A stretch of DNA of 64,000 nt from a virus (taxonomy: Duplodnaviria; Heunggongvirae; Uroviricota; Caudoviricetes). The notes under the pieces are model-generated. The model was not told where the DNA came from, did not search any database, and saw only the letters and a list, made by a program, of their open reading frames with translations. The number at the start of each line of letters is the position of its first letter. Positions within the stretch are counted from its first letter, which is position 1. Position numbers and translations under genes: made by a program. The stretch lies in the IMG/VR virus record IMGVR_UViG_3300031992_000010; one strand, given 5' to 3'. Positions 17,309 through 27,030 of this stretch are shown here, one piece after another.

Positions 17309-19465
17309 ATGGAAAGAAAAGAAGCAATAGAAATAGTTAAAAAATATCTACCTAATAATGGTTTTACAATATCGCGTGAGGCATTGGAAACATTAATCCC
17401 CGAACTCCAGGAGAGCGAGGATGAGGATGACGATGACGGAATAAGAAAGGACCTTATTGAGTTTGTTCAACAATATGGTGATAACTATTATGGTCAATTT
17501 TCCAAGGCATCCGCAATTTCCTGGCTTGAAAAACAAGGTAAGAAGCAACATACGAATTTAAAAGAAGATAATACTAACGAAGAGACAAACGCTCCAACAG
17601 AATATGGTAAATATGTGGAAGAATGTCTTAATGAAGCGTCTAAACATTTCTTTTCAGAAGGAGAAGATAAATATTCTGTTGCAGATTTGTTTTATGCTGG
17701 CGTAAGATGTGGAAAGTCTTGGCTTGAAAAACAAGGGGGAATAGATTTGGAACACTATGAAGATAGTGAAAATGAAAAACGGAAATTTGTAGGTTACGGA
17801 TTCCTAAAATGTAAGGGTGATTTTCTTTCCTTCAAAGAGGGAAAAACATATTGGCTTGAGTATGTAGGTAAAGATAATTATAATGTGAGAAGTGATAATC
17901 TTCTTGGACAAACTTTCCACATCAAACCTGTTGAATTATATACAGTTTTTCGTCCTACAACTTGGCTTGAAAAGCAAGGAGTGAATAGTTCAATGCCGCC
18001 TAAAGAAATAGCCAAATCAATAAGCAAAAGCATTACACTTTCACTTATCAATTATCTTGATAATAACAGATACGAGGGTTCCATGAACATGTCAAGCATG
18101 GAATGCGAGGATTTAGAGAACGCAATCCTTGATTTGGATTGGGGGAAAGTGTACCGTTATATGCGGAAGAAGCTTGAAAAACAAGGTGAGCAGAATGGAA
18201 TAAATCTTATCGAAACACTAAAGCACTGCCCAAGAGAAACAGAATTATACTCTCCACTATATGGTAAACTTTGGCTTGCCGAAGTAGATGAAGAGAATGA
18301 AATAATTACATGTTATAAGCATTGTTTAGATGAAGGATGTACAAGGGCGATATTAGAACAAGAAGATACTGTTTCTTTTTACTCTGATGGAACTACAGGG
18401 TTGCCTGATTTTAATGTATCTAAAGATTGTATGTTATTCCTTTATGATATTACAAAGCAAGGTGAACAGAAATCCGCTAATACGATTGAATCAAAGTTTA
18501 AGGTTGGGGATTGGATTGCAGGTGAGGGAGTTTACACGGCAAAGATAATAAACATTGACAATGATAAGTATGAAGTCGAATTTATTGATGGAAGCAAAGG
18601 ACTTTACCTTATTGATTTTATATATAAATTTTACCACCCCTGGACCATCAACGATGCGAAGGATGGTGATGTAGTTGTTGATAAATCCGATGGAGCCATT
18701 GGTATATTTCAAAGTATAGGACATCACCCTGATGGCGGTAGTTATAACGACCCTTCTTATTGTTTCCTGCATTGTCGTTATGATGATGGATTCCTTTATG
18801 CGGATTTTGAAAATGGAAATATGATTGATTCGGATGATTTAATCCCGGCCACCAAGGAACAACGTGACCTACTATTTTCAAAAATGGATAAAGCCGGATA
18901 TGAATGGGATGTCGAAAATAAGGTATTAAGAAAACAAGGAAAACAGGAAACCACCAATAAGGTCGAACCAAAGTTTGAACCAAAGTTCAAGGTTGGTGAT
19001 TGGATTGTTGCCAACGATGGAATTAATACCAACAATGGGACAAACACATTTTTAATAACGAATATCAATTGTAACCACTGTTCATCAGGAGACGTTGGAA
19101 TTATTAGTATATACTGTGCATTAGAAGACACTGAAGGTGTTACCCATTATCCTTGCTTACTATCCGAAAACTTCTTCCATCGATGGACCATTGAGGATGT
19201 GAGGGATGGCGATATACTCGTTGATGAAGATAATAATATAGGCATTTATAAGGAAAAGGATGATTTAAATTTAAATTGGGGTTCCCACATTTATCTTGGT
19301 TGTGATAATCGTCTTCGCGGCTTTAGTATAGGTGGTTATCATAAGATTAAAAATACCAAGCCGGCAACAAAGGAACAACGTAAATTGTTATTCCAAAATT
19401 TGGGGCAGGTGGGTTATGAATGGGATTCCGATGAGAAAAGATTGAAAAATATAATGGAATGGTAA
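17309..19465 (+). CDS. modular repeat protein, family E (718 aa; three GDWI...DGD[IV]LV plus PATKEQR modules, at least five xLEKQG linker motifs)
   Basis: ORF track; 190-bp segment about 85% identical to 16552..16742. Confidence 0.55.
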   Translation: MERKEAIEIVKKYLPNNGFTISREALETLIPELQESEDEDDDDGIRKDLIEFVQQYGDNYYGQFSKASAISWLEKQGKKQHTNLKEDNTNEETNAPTEYGKYVEECLNEASKHFFSEGEDKYSVADLFYAGVRCGKSWLEKQGGIDLEHYEDSENEKRKFVGYGFLKCKGDFLSFKEGKTYWLEYVGKDNYNVRSDNLLGQTFHIKPVELYTVFRPTTWLEKQGVNSSMPPKEIAKSISKSITLSLINYLDNNRYEGSMNMSSMECEDLENAILDLDWGKVYRYMRKKLEKQGEQNGINLIETLKHCPRETELYSPLYGKLWLAEVDEENEIITCYKHCLDEGCTRAILEQEDTVSFYSDGTTGLPDFNVSKDCMLFLYDITKQGEQKSANTIESKFKVGDWIAGEGVYTAKIINIDNDKYEVEFIDGSKGLYLIDFIYKFYHPWTINDAKDGDVVVDKSDGAIGIFQSIGHHPDGGSYNDPSYCFLHCRYDDGFLYADFENGNMIDSDDLIPATKEQRDLLFSKMDKAGYEWDVENKVLRKQGKQETTNKVEPKFEPKFKVGDWIVANDGINTNNGTNTFLITNINCNHCSSGDVGIISIYCALEDTEGVTHYPCLLSENFFHRWTIEDVRDGDILVDEDNNIGIYKEKDDLNLNWGSHIYLGCDNRLRGFSIGGYHKIKNTKPATKEQRKLLFQNLGQVGYEWDSDEKRLKNIMEW

Positions 19466-19489
19466 ACTACGTAAAATAATTATTTAATT

Positions 19490-19717
19490 ATGAAAAACAA
19501 ATGTATAACAATAAAAGGCAGAAAATATGAATTGACCTATCATCAGGATAATTCAGCCCCTTGTTCAAAATGTGCATTTTGGGATAGTTGGAATGTTAAA
19601 TGTCGTTTCCCAAAAAATAGAAAAAGGGGATGCAGAATCGACATAGGGACATCCAAAGGATGGAATACATATGAATACCAGGAAATTCCCAATGAACAAA
19701 AAATAAGTATTGAATAA
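19490..19717 (+). CDS. small zinc-ribbon protein
   Basis: CSKCAFW...CRFPKNRKRGC. Confidence 0.4.
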   Translation: MKNKCITIKGRKYELTYHQDNSAPCSKCAFWDSWNVKCRFPKNRKRGCRIDIGTSKGWNTYEYQEIPNEQKISIE

Positions 19718-19719
19718 AA

Positions 19720-20226
19720 ATGAAAACCATGGAACCAACAAAAAAGACAATAAAGGATTACCCGGTCATTTCCGGCCTGGTTGAAAAATACTTCGGGGAC
19801 TCCCGGTCGGAAAGTGAAAAAGCGGAGAATGAACTCATCAATATATGTGAACCCATTATCAACAGGTATTGCAAGGCGATCGAAAAATATATCGAACAAA
19901 TTGGTGGTGATTTTAGATTAAGGGACGTTTATTTCGATTTTGATTACAGTTGTAGTCGTGGCGGTATCGATGATTTTGAAGGATATGATGAGGAGATCGG
20001 GGCATTGGAGTTTTGGTATAGTGATGGATGTAGGGGTGAAATATACGAATGTGGTGTATATATGCCCTTTGAATGGCTCGATGAGGACAAATTTGATGAT
20101 AATATGGCGACAATCAAGGATGAAATAAAATCCCGCCTAATTGAATATATAACAAATAAAATTACCGAACAGGAAAAAACATTAAATTGTTTGAAGGAAC
20201 ATCTTGAAAAATTAAAAAACAACTAA
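19720..20226 (+). CDS. paralogue family F protein
   Basis: similar to 24273..24746 (INICEPIINRYCKAIEKY versus IDFCEPLIQKYYNAIGEF). Confidence 0.45.
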   Translation: MKTMEPTKKTIKDYPVISGLVEKYFGDSRSESEKAENELINICEPIINRYCKAIEKYIEQIGGDFRLRDVYFDFDYSCSRGGIDDFEGYDEEIGALEFWYSDGCRGEIYECGVYMPFEWLDEDKFDDNMATIKDEIKSRLIEYITNKITEQEKTLNCLKEHLEKLKNN

Positions 20227-20228
20227 TT

Positions 20229-20576
20229 ATGGCGGAATTAATTGACAAACTTAATATTATTGGCAACCTAAAAACGTCAATAAAATGTATCGAGGACAAA
20301 ATTACGGATATTGTAAGGCTATATTTTGATATGCGGTTAAAAGGCCTTGTGGTTGATGGAAAGGCGTATTTCGAAACGTGGTGGATTCGACAGCCGGATA
20401 ACCCGATGTTAAAACAAAACCCATACATCACCATCGAATATTCGATTGAAAATTTCAATTGGTTGAAGAATGATTTTGAAAAACGGGTACTGACGATCGA
20501 CATATTAATTGACGACATCGATAAATTTATGGCGCATAGCAATGACAAACACAAATCATATTTAATAAAAATTTAA
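20229..20576 (+). CDS. hypothetical protein (115 aa)
   Basis: ORF track. Confidence 0.45.
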   Translation: MAELIDKLNIIGNLKTSIKCIEDKITDIVRLYFDMRLKGLVVDGKAYFETWWIRQPDNPMLKQNPYITIEYSIENFNWLKNDFEKRVLTIDILIDDIDKFMAHSNDKHKSYLIKI

Positions 20577-20581
20577 TTGAT

Positions 20582-20797
20582 ATGGATACAAATTTGGAGG
20601 CCGAATTACGTTCGACCATATTTCATCAAAACCGGCGGATCCACGAACTGGAGGAAACCATCCACAGGTATGAAACCGGGCTGGAAACCATCAATACCAC
20701 GTGGTATGCCTGGTGGGCCGATTATATGGATGAGGTTTCCCCGTCAAGGATGGAACGGTTCATCGATTATATTAATGAAAATATGACAAAAAAGTAA
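20582..20797 (+). CDS. hypothetical protein (71 aa)
   Basis: ORF track. Confidence 0.4.
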   Translation: MDTNLEAELRSTIFHQNRRIHELEETIHRYETGLETINTTWYAWWADYMDEVSPSRMERFIDYINENMTKK

Positions 20798-20872
20798 CAA
20801 TCGGGATTAAATCCCCTTGGAGTTTTTTATATATTAATATATAATTTAAAGGATTAAGGATAGGAGGTAATT

Positions 20873-21211
20873 ATGGGTATAAAAAATAATACTGATTTTG
20901 ATATTGATTGGCTGCGAAGTAAAGGATTTGTTGGTAATCGGGATACAGGTGATGAGGTGGATCCTGCCTGCCCGGAGAAATCCGAAACATTCCGTTATCG
21001 GGAATTGATGGATTATGAAGGATACAAGGAAATAAAAATCCTTATAGAGATTGATCTTCGTATTCCTGCAGTAAGTAGTATTTTATATCACTATAATCCG
21101 TTTGGTTCGCTAAAAACTCGTGAATATAATGGCGATATAACCTCAAAGGAAATGCTAATCCTGCTTTTGGAGGCAATTTGTCCTGAATATGTGAAAAAAT
21201 TTAATAATTAA
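20873..21211 (+). CDS. hypothetical protein (112 aa)
   Basis: ORF track; AGGAGG RBS; promoter motif. Confidence 0.45.
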   Translation: MGIKNNTDFDIDWLRSKGFVGNRDTGDEVDPACPEKSETFRYRELMDYEGYKEIKILIEIDLRIPAVSSILYHYNPFGSLKTREYNGDITSKEMLILLLEAICPEYVKKFNN

Positions 21212-21215
21212 GGAT

Positions 21216-21617
21216 ATGTTAAAAGAGGATTACGTAAGTTTCGAAACGGCAAAACTCCTGAAAGATAAAGGGTTTGATGGATGTTGTTTTATGGTATACG
21301 ACAAGTATGGCGCCATTGATTATGCTATGGAATCATATGGTGTGGATGAAGTTTGTAATAGTGAATGTAGTGAGGGCGATGTTGCCGCCCCTACAATACA
21401 AACGGCAATGAGATCAATACGTGAGAAAAAAGGCCTTTGTATTGAACCATATAGAACCGCGGCCGGATATCTTTATACCATAAGCCGTATACCAACAGGT
21501 AGTTGTTTGGCGAATCCTTCGGAAGGCGGTGATGATGAGGATAGCGGTCAATGGACGACGTATGAAGGTGCCTGCGAGGCGGCAATAAAATATAGTTTGG
21601 AACATAAGTTTTATTAA
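21216..21617 (+). CDS. paralogue family A protein
   Basis: EDYVSFETAKLLKDKGFD...APTIQTAMRS. Confidence 0.45.
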   Translation: MLKEDYVSFETAKLLKDKGFDGCCFMVYDKYGAIDYAMESYGVDEVCNSECSEGDVAAPTIQTAMRSIREKKGLCIEPYRTAAGYLYTISRIPTGSCLANPSEGGDDEDSGQWTTYEGACEAAIKYSLEHKFY

Positions 21618-21655
21618 TATATGGATAAACGTGAAAAATATATGGTCGATTAAAA

Positions 21656-21769
21656 ATGGTGGGGGAGTTTGTCCATAAAAATATGCACATTCACACTGAT
21701 TGGACCGGGTCGTATGCGGAGTCGATATCCAAATGTGAGGATCTTGACGAATTTGTTGAAAAATTGTGA
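21656..21769 (+). CDS. possible small protein (37 aa), not in ORF track
   Basis: ATG-initiated ORF in a 180-nt gap. Confidence 0.25.
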   Translation: MVGEFVHKNMHIHTDWTGSYAESISKCEDLDEFVEKL

Positions 21770-21797
21770 AACGATATAAAAAATAAGGAGGAATAAA

Positions 21798-22991
21798 ATG
21801 AAAGGTATAAATTTGGCCAATGCATTATTGAATGCACCAAAGGGGCTGGATGATGGATTAAAATTGTATAGTCCGTATTGTGGGGAATGTATCCTGAAAT
21901 GGGTTGATGTGGTAAACTGCAATGAAATGTCGGTTATTACCGAAAATGGTGATGTTATCATAACCGATGGTGATGGCCGCCTTGCCGAAACCGATTGTAT
22001 CATATTTCCTTCGGAGGACCAAAATTGGAACATACTTGCCCCCATATTTTCACAAACGTGTTGTTTGGGAAAGGTGGTTGTAATCGATGGTGAATTTTAT
22101 ATGGTTGATGGAAAGGGGTTGGTTGATATAAGGGGAGTTCATTGGAAATATACCGATGTTATGTTTGATGTGACGTTTAGATTCGCATCCGAAAAGGAAT
22201 CAACCGATTTTGGGTATCAACTCAAACATTATGGATATCAATTCGATCCGCAAAAAATGGAGGTCGGACGGATTTTCAACGAAGGTGATTGGATCGTGAC
22301 CACTGATGGATTATGTGTGGCGGATGGGGTTCCTTCAAAACTTTATATCGATAATATCACGTGGAGCGGCGACCTGAAGTGTAAATATATTGATTGTTTC
22401 GGTGAGGTGCAGTATTGGACGGTATGTTGCCCGTCGGACCTTGATAAATACCGTTTGTGGACCGTTGATGATATAAAAAATGGCGATATATTGGAATATT
22501 CCGGTACCGGCATTACATTCGTGGCCGATAAGGTTTGTAAGGATTTTATAACGGCGTTGGTATATTACAGTAAACATATGACGGAAATTAATGGTTTTCA
22601 GGTATTTGATATACCCGTGTCATTCTCACGGGATAATGTCAAACCGGTTGGTATAAATGATTATCTTGAGTTTTGCAATAACACCTTGAAATCCTATGGT
22701 TATGGCTGGGATTATTCAAAACGTACACTTTTAAAACTTCAGGAGGAAACCAAACAAGAGGAAACCAAACAGGAAACTCCTCAACTACGGCCATACGATA
22801 AAATCATTGTGGGCACCCATGCCGGGTGGGCGGCCACACATTTTTCACATTTCATAAACGGCAATATAATAACAACCGATGGCCGCACCCGTTCGGAATG
22901 TATCATATACAATGATGAGACCAAACACCTACTCGGTAAATATGGTGATTATACCGGCAAATATGTTGTTCGATATAAAATGGATGATTAA
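21798..22991 (+). CDS. family E-related protein (GDWIVTTDG...WTVDDIKNGDILEY domain)
   Basis: ORF track; AGGAGG RBS; ETKQEETKQET micro-repeat. Confidence 0.5.
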   Translation: MKGINLANALLNAPKGLDDGLKLYSPYCGECILKWVDVVNCNEMSVITENGDVIITDGDGRLAETDCIIFPSEDQNWNILAPIFSQTCCLGKVVVIDGEFYMVDGKGLVDIRGVHWKYTDVMFDVTFRFASEKESTDFGYQLKHYGYQFDPQKMEVGRIFNEGDWIVTTDGLCVADGVPSKLYIDNITWSGDLKCKYIDCFGEVQYWTVCCPSDLDKYRLWTVDDIKNGDILEYSGTGITFVADKVCKDFITALVYYSKHMTEINGFQVFDIPVSFSRDNVKPVGINDYLEFCNNTLKSYGYGWDYSKRTLLKLQEETKQEETKQETPQLRPYDKIIVGTHAGWAATHFSHFINGNIITTDGRTRSECIIYNDETKHLLGKYGDYTGKYVVRYKMDD

Positions 22992-22992
22992 T

Positions 22993-23283
22993 ATGGAAGG
23001 AAAACTATTTGAATGTGATGGGTGTAGACATTTCTCATCGGAGGAAATATGTCAAAGGCGAAAACAGGACCTATCATGTTATGAGGAACAATTTCCAACG
23101 GTATCGTCCATATTCGTGCAATACATCAACGAACATACAGGGGGATGCGGTCTCGATTATGATAAATTGAAGGAAATTGCCAATAATTACGGTCTATATG
23201 TGAGACGTGCGTGTGCAAATGATATTGTTCCACTTGATTTTGAGGGTTGGTGCGAGGAAATGAAAAGAATAACGAATGTATAA
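22993..23283 (+). CDS. hypothetical Cys-rich protein (96 aa; start trimmed from track ORF 22879)
   Basis: ATG overlapping the upstream stop (TAATATGG). Confidence 0.4.
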   Translation: MEGKLFECDGCRHFSSEEICQRRKQDLSCYEEQFPTVSSIFVQYINEHTGGCGLDYDKLKEIANNYGLYVRRACANDIVPLDFEGWCEEMKRITNV

Positions 23284-23319
23284 ATTGGATTATTTATAAA
23301 TTAAAAATTTGAATATATA

Positions 23320-23637
23320 ATGGAAATAACGCTTTTAGTATTGGCAACAGTTTGTATTATAGGTTTGGTGATTTGTTTTTATTTCGCAATGCGCAACAGG
23401 CGGGTATATGGGTTTCGATTAAAGGTAATCGATAATGTATTCGACAAGATCGATAAAAAACTTTGGTCCTATAAAGGTGACGAGGAGTTTACGGCACATT
23501 ATAATGAATACGATGAATACCGGAACAAATTAATGAAAATACAACAAATGTATACCTATGACGAAATGTTATACTCATTAAAGCCACTAAAAATGGAAAA
23601 ATGGTTTACGCCGGAGGAATTGGATTTATTGAAATAA
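23320..23637 (+). CDS. hypothetical protein with N-terminal TM helix
   Basis: ORF track. Confidence 0.4.
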   Translation: MEITLLVLATVCIIGLVICFYFAMRNRRVYGFRLKVIDNVFDKIDKKLWSYKGDEEFTAHYNEYDEYRNKLMKIQQMYTYDEMLYSLKPLKMEKWFTPEELDLLK

Positions 23638-23661
23638 AATACGGTAAAATAGAGGAATAAT

Positions 23662-23997
23662 ATGGATGAGAAACTTTACGATACGCAAACCACAATTCAA
23701 AGGATTCCTGATTCCAAAATATGGGATTTCTGTTCAAGGACATCCCACGAATGGTGGCAAATTGCCATGAATAAATGGAATACCTTATCGGATGAAGAAC
23801 AGAAAAAATATAATCAATTTATAGGGTTTAATGACTTTAGTGATTATTTAATGAATATAATGGCCGGAGCACTTATAAAACTCCGGGACACAGGTAAACT
23901 TGATTACGAAGAAGGTTCATTACTTTTAGAAAAACAAAGGCAAAAACCTTGTGATATTGGAACTTATAATGACGTATCAATGATTTCGCAGGAATAA
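23662..23997 (+). CDS. hypothetical protein (111 aa)
   Basis: ORF track; AGAGGAATAATATG. Confidence 0.45.
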   Translation: MDEKLYDTQTTIQRIPDSKIWDFCSRTSHEWWQIAMNKWNTLSDEEQKKYNQFIGFNDFSDYLMNIMAGALIKLRDTGKLDYEEGSLLLEKQRQKPCDIGTYNDVSMISQE

Positions 23998-24037
23998 CTT
24001 CGGATAAATTGTGGAAATGGTCTTAAACAATACGATA

Positions 24038-24214
24038 ATGACAAAAGAAGAATTTGAAAAATTGCCAAAAGAAGAAAAGGATAAAATACTTTCGAGATAC
24101 AATGAACATATAAACAATCTTGAAAATAGCATATGGGACCACGACCCAGGTGAATATGAATTAGAGTGGTTTTTGCTTTTTAAATGCAGAGACTATGATA
24201 AAGATAAATTGTAG
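24038..24214 (+). CDS. hypothetical protein (58 aa; start at the conserved ATGACAAA junction)
   Basis: junction repeat GATAAATTGTGGAAATGGT.TTAAA. Confidence 0.35.
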   Translation: MTKEEFEKLPKEEKDKILSRYNEHINNLENSIWDHDPGEYELEWFLLFKCRDYDKDKL

Positions 24215-24272
24215 AAATGAATAAACTAATCTTTTGAGTGATTCTATAAATTTATATTAGAAAAATAAAACT

Positions 24273-24746
24273 ATGGAAGAGATGAACATTTCAGACACGA
24301 TCAAGAGGATTGAAGGCGACTCAAAGAGTGACAGTAAGAAAGCATTGCATGAGTTGATTGACTTTTGTGAGCCATTGATTCAGAAGTACTACAATGCGAT
24401 TGGAGAGTTTCTCGATGAAAATGCACATATGGTGTTTGGACACTTTATGAGCATATGGTTCAACAACTACAATTCAAGTGATGACATCAATGAGTTTCTT
24501 GGTTTTGATAAAGAACGTAATGTGTTGAGATTCTATTGCAGCTACAATGATGCAATTGTTGAAATGCCGATTCAGTGGCTCGATGTAGAACAATTCGGGA
24601 TAAACATGAAGAGCATAAAAGAAAAAGTCCTAAATGAGTACATTGAAATACAAAAGAGACAAATTGACGACTATAGGCATTACATGGAAATACACGAAGA
24701 AGAAATCAGGAAGTCTAAAGCAAAATTAGAGGAGTTACATAAATAA
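24273..24746 (+). CDS. paralogue family F protein
   Basis: see 19720. Confidence 0.45.
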   Translation: MEEMNISDTIKRIEGDSKSDSKKALHELIDFCEPLIQKYYNAIGEFLDENAHMVFGHFMSIWFNNYNSSDDINEFLGFDKERNVLRFYCSYNDAIVEMPIQWLDVEQFGINMKSIKEKVLNEYIEIQKRQIDDYRHYMEIHEEEIRKSKAKLEELHK

Positions 24747-24760
24747 GTTAGTTTAACATT

Positions 24761-25213
24761 ATGAAATCATATACGGATTTGGAACAAAGTAGGAAATTGG
24801 CAGAGATATTACCAATTGAAAGTGCAGATATGGAGTATATACTTGAACAATGGAGAGACGAAGAAACGCATCGTCTCAAGAAAGGATATTCAGAATATCC
24901 TGTTGTAAAGGTTGATGATGATGATGACCAATTTCAAGTAATTACACTTCCCTGCTGGAGTCTTGCGGCATTGATGGAACTTTTACCTTCTGAATTGGAA
25001 TTGCACGATACCTTTGAAACTACCAAGTTTGAAATTCGTATAAGAAAATATAATCATATTGTAAATGGACTAAACTTGTATCAAATTGCTTATGGTAACA
25101 ACAAAGGACGTTCCTATAGTTGGCATGATCTATTTAATACATCGGAGCACGAAAACTTACTTGATGCAGTATTTGAAATGGTATGTTATCTTAAAGAAAA
25201 TAAATTTATATAA
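24761..25213 (+). CDS. paralogue family B protein
   Basis: MKSYTDLEQSRKLAEILPIESAD...LPCWSLAALMELL. Confidence 0.45.
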   Translation: MKSYTDLEQSRKLAEILPIESADMEYILEQWRDEETHRLKKGYSEYPVVKVDDDDDQFQVITLPCWSLAALMELLPSELELHDTFETTKFEIRIRKYNHIVNGLNLYQIAYGNNKGRSYSWHDLFNTSEHENLLDAVFEMVCYLKENKFI

Positions 25214-25216
25214 GTT

Positions 25217-25546
25217 ATGGAAAATTTTAACTATACTATGAAGAAAATCAATTTTAAATCTTTACGATGGAGGGTAACAATTCTATGGTATGGTCTAAAA
25301 GATCGATTGCTATATACTATTCGTAAATTGAGGCAAAAATCCATGATATCCGTTATAGGTGATGGAAGTAGACTTTTATGCAAGTTTCCAAATGAGAATC
25401 CATGTATTGTTGTAATTAAGAGAGTATGGGTTGAATTTGGTCATAATGGTGATTATGATAAGTTTTATATTATGGCGGACACGTCATTGGGAATGTCAAC
25501 ATTAAACGCTATACTTCAACATGCGGAGTATGTAGAAATTTTATAA
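25217..25546 (+). CDS. hypothetical protein (109 aa)
   Basis: ORF track. Confidence 0.4.
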   Translation: MENFNYTMKKINFKSLRWRVTILWYGLKDRLLYTIRKLRQKSMISVIGDGSRLLCKFPNENPCIVVIKRVWVEFGHNGDYDKFYIMADTSLGMSTLNAILQHAEYVEIL

Positions 25547-25598
25547 ATTGATATTGAAGTTTCATTTGAGTAAAAAGAAAATAAATTGATATAAGATT

Positions 25599-25775
25599 AT
25601 GGCGAAGAAGTGTAAGTTATGCAGGAATTTCGATTTAATGTTCAGACCATTCTCGTGTGACTTGTGGATAGAACGGCGGCTGAAAGATGGTGGGACTGAT
25701 GACGTCAACAGAGTGAAGGCGTGTAACCGGTTTGTTCACAAAGGAGATTTAATCTATGATGAATCATGGAAGTAA
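25599..25775 (+). CDS. paralogue family D small Cys protein (58 aa), not in ORF track
   Basis: MAKKCKLCRNFDLMFRPFSCDLWIERRLK paralogous to 14246..14437. Confidence 0.4.
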   Translation: MAKKCKLCRNFDLMFRPFSCDLWIERRLKDGGTDDVNRVKACNRFVHKGDLIYDESWK

Positions 25776-25807
25776 AATGAAACGTATAATATAAAATGTT
25801 TGAAGTT

Positions 25808-26209
25808 ATGAAATCATATACGAATTTGGAACAAAGTACAAAATTGGTCGAAATTCTTCCAATTGAAAGTGCGGACCAAACATGGGAAAGAGTAGCAATA
25901 GCCGGGGCAAATCTTGGTATACCGGAGGAATTGCAATATAGACACAATGGAGACCTTCCGTTTGAAGCTTACAGTGGTATTGGAATTCCTTGTTGGTCCT
26001 TGGCCGCATTGATTGAACGGTTGGATGAAACTGTTACCACGGATGATGGTGACTTTGAACTCCATATTTATATAGAAAATGGCGGTTATTATGTCCAATA
26101 TGATGAATCTTATGATGGAAGGATTCTTGTCGAATCCGGATTTCAGGAACGCCTGATAGACGCGGTATATAAGATTGTGCTAAAATTGGGCGAATTAAAA
26201 CTAATATAA
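25808..26209 (+). CDS. paralogue family B protein
   Basis: MKSYTNLEQSTKLVEILPIESAD...IPCWSLAALIERL. Confidence 0.45.
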   Translation: MKSYTNLEQSTKLVEILPIESADQTWERVAIAGANLGIPEELQYRHNGDLPFEAYSGIGIPCWSLAALIERLDETVTTDDGDFELHIYIENGGYYVQYDESYDGRILVESGFQERLIDAVYKIVLKLGELKLI

Positions 26210-26214
26210 ACAAT

Positions 26215-26382
26215 ATGACCATGGAGAATATACAGGAAATAAAAGGGTTGTTTGAGAATGGATTCTATGTGAATACCGGTGTGATTGATTATATCAATAT
26301 GATTTTGGATGCCCCCGGGAATTTGATATGTATAGGGAAATTAAAGGAACCGGTAAGGCGACGTGAGGAGAGGAAAAAGTAA
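26215..26382 (+). CDS. possible small protein (55 aa), not in ORF track
   Basis: ATG-initiated ORF filling the gap. Confidence 0.3.
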   Translation: MTMENIQEIKGLFENGFYVNTGVIDYINMILDAPGNLICIGKLKEPVRRREERKK

Positions 26383-26427
26383 TAAAAAAAACATATGTGA
26401 TTATTATATATAAAAATAGATAAAAAA

Positions 26428-26919
26428 ATGAAGCATTTGGATGAATCGTTATTAAATAATGAAAATTTTGAAAACATAAACGAATCCGCATTAATGTATT
26501 TGGTACAAAATGATTTTAAAAATGGTTTCAGGGATCTTCGATTAAATAAAATGTTCCCGGTATCGGATATAAATAAGGTTACCTGTGAATGTAGATTTAG
26601 ATTATTTGGGAATTTTTTAACAATCTCAAAGGTATTGAATAAAATGATATCCGATAAAACCATTGATTTGGATACCTTTTATAATTTTGTGGTATCACAA
26701 AAAATGGTGGATCCGGAGAAAAAATGGACAGCGTTCGACGACGGTGACAAGAAATGGTTTTTAAATGAAAATACACGTGTGGGTGTTATGTCGGTTGCCC
26801 CTGTAATTGAAAATGTTCCATTAAAATTTGCAACGTATTTTTATGCACCGTGGTGTGGAAAATGGATGTCGGCAAAGGATTGGACGGATGAATTTGTTAA
26901 GGCGGTAACCAAATACTAA
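26428..26919 (+). CDS. hypothetical protein (163 aa)
   Basis: ORF track. Confidence 0.45.
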   Translation: MKHLDESLLNNENFENINESALMYLVQNDFKNGFRDLRLNKMFPVSDINKVTCECRFRLFGNFLTISKVLNKMISDKTIDLDTFYNFVVSQKMVDPEKKWTAFDDGDKKWFLNENTRVGVMSVAPVIENVPLKFATYFYAPWCGKWMSAKDWTDEFVKAVTKY

Positions 26920-26941
26920 ACAATAAATACATACGATATTA

Positions 26942-26973
26942 AAACCACAAACCAAAAGTTTGTGGTTTTTTTA
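26942..26973 (+). terminator. intrinsic terminator AAACCACAAACC-AAAAG-TTTGTGGTTT plus T7
   Basis: perfect 10-bp stem, U-tract. Confidence 0.65.
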
Positions 26974-27030
26974 TTTAATTTTCCGGTATATCTTTATATA
27001 TTAATATGTAAATTTTAAAGGTATAAGGAT
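26971..27030 (+). promoter_or_regulatory. promoter-like motif TTAATTTTCC-N-TATATATTAATATGTAAATTTTAAAGG
   Basis: consensus motif. Confidence 0.5.

Noticed and set aside
26428-26919. Thioredoxin-like call based on APWCGKW
   Set aside because: No CxxC dithiol motif (WCGKW has a single Cys); not supportable.
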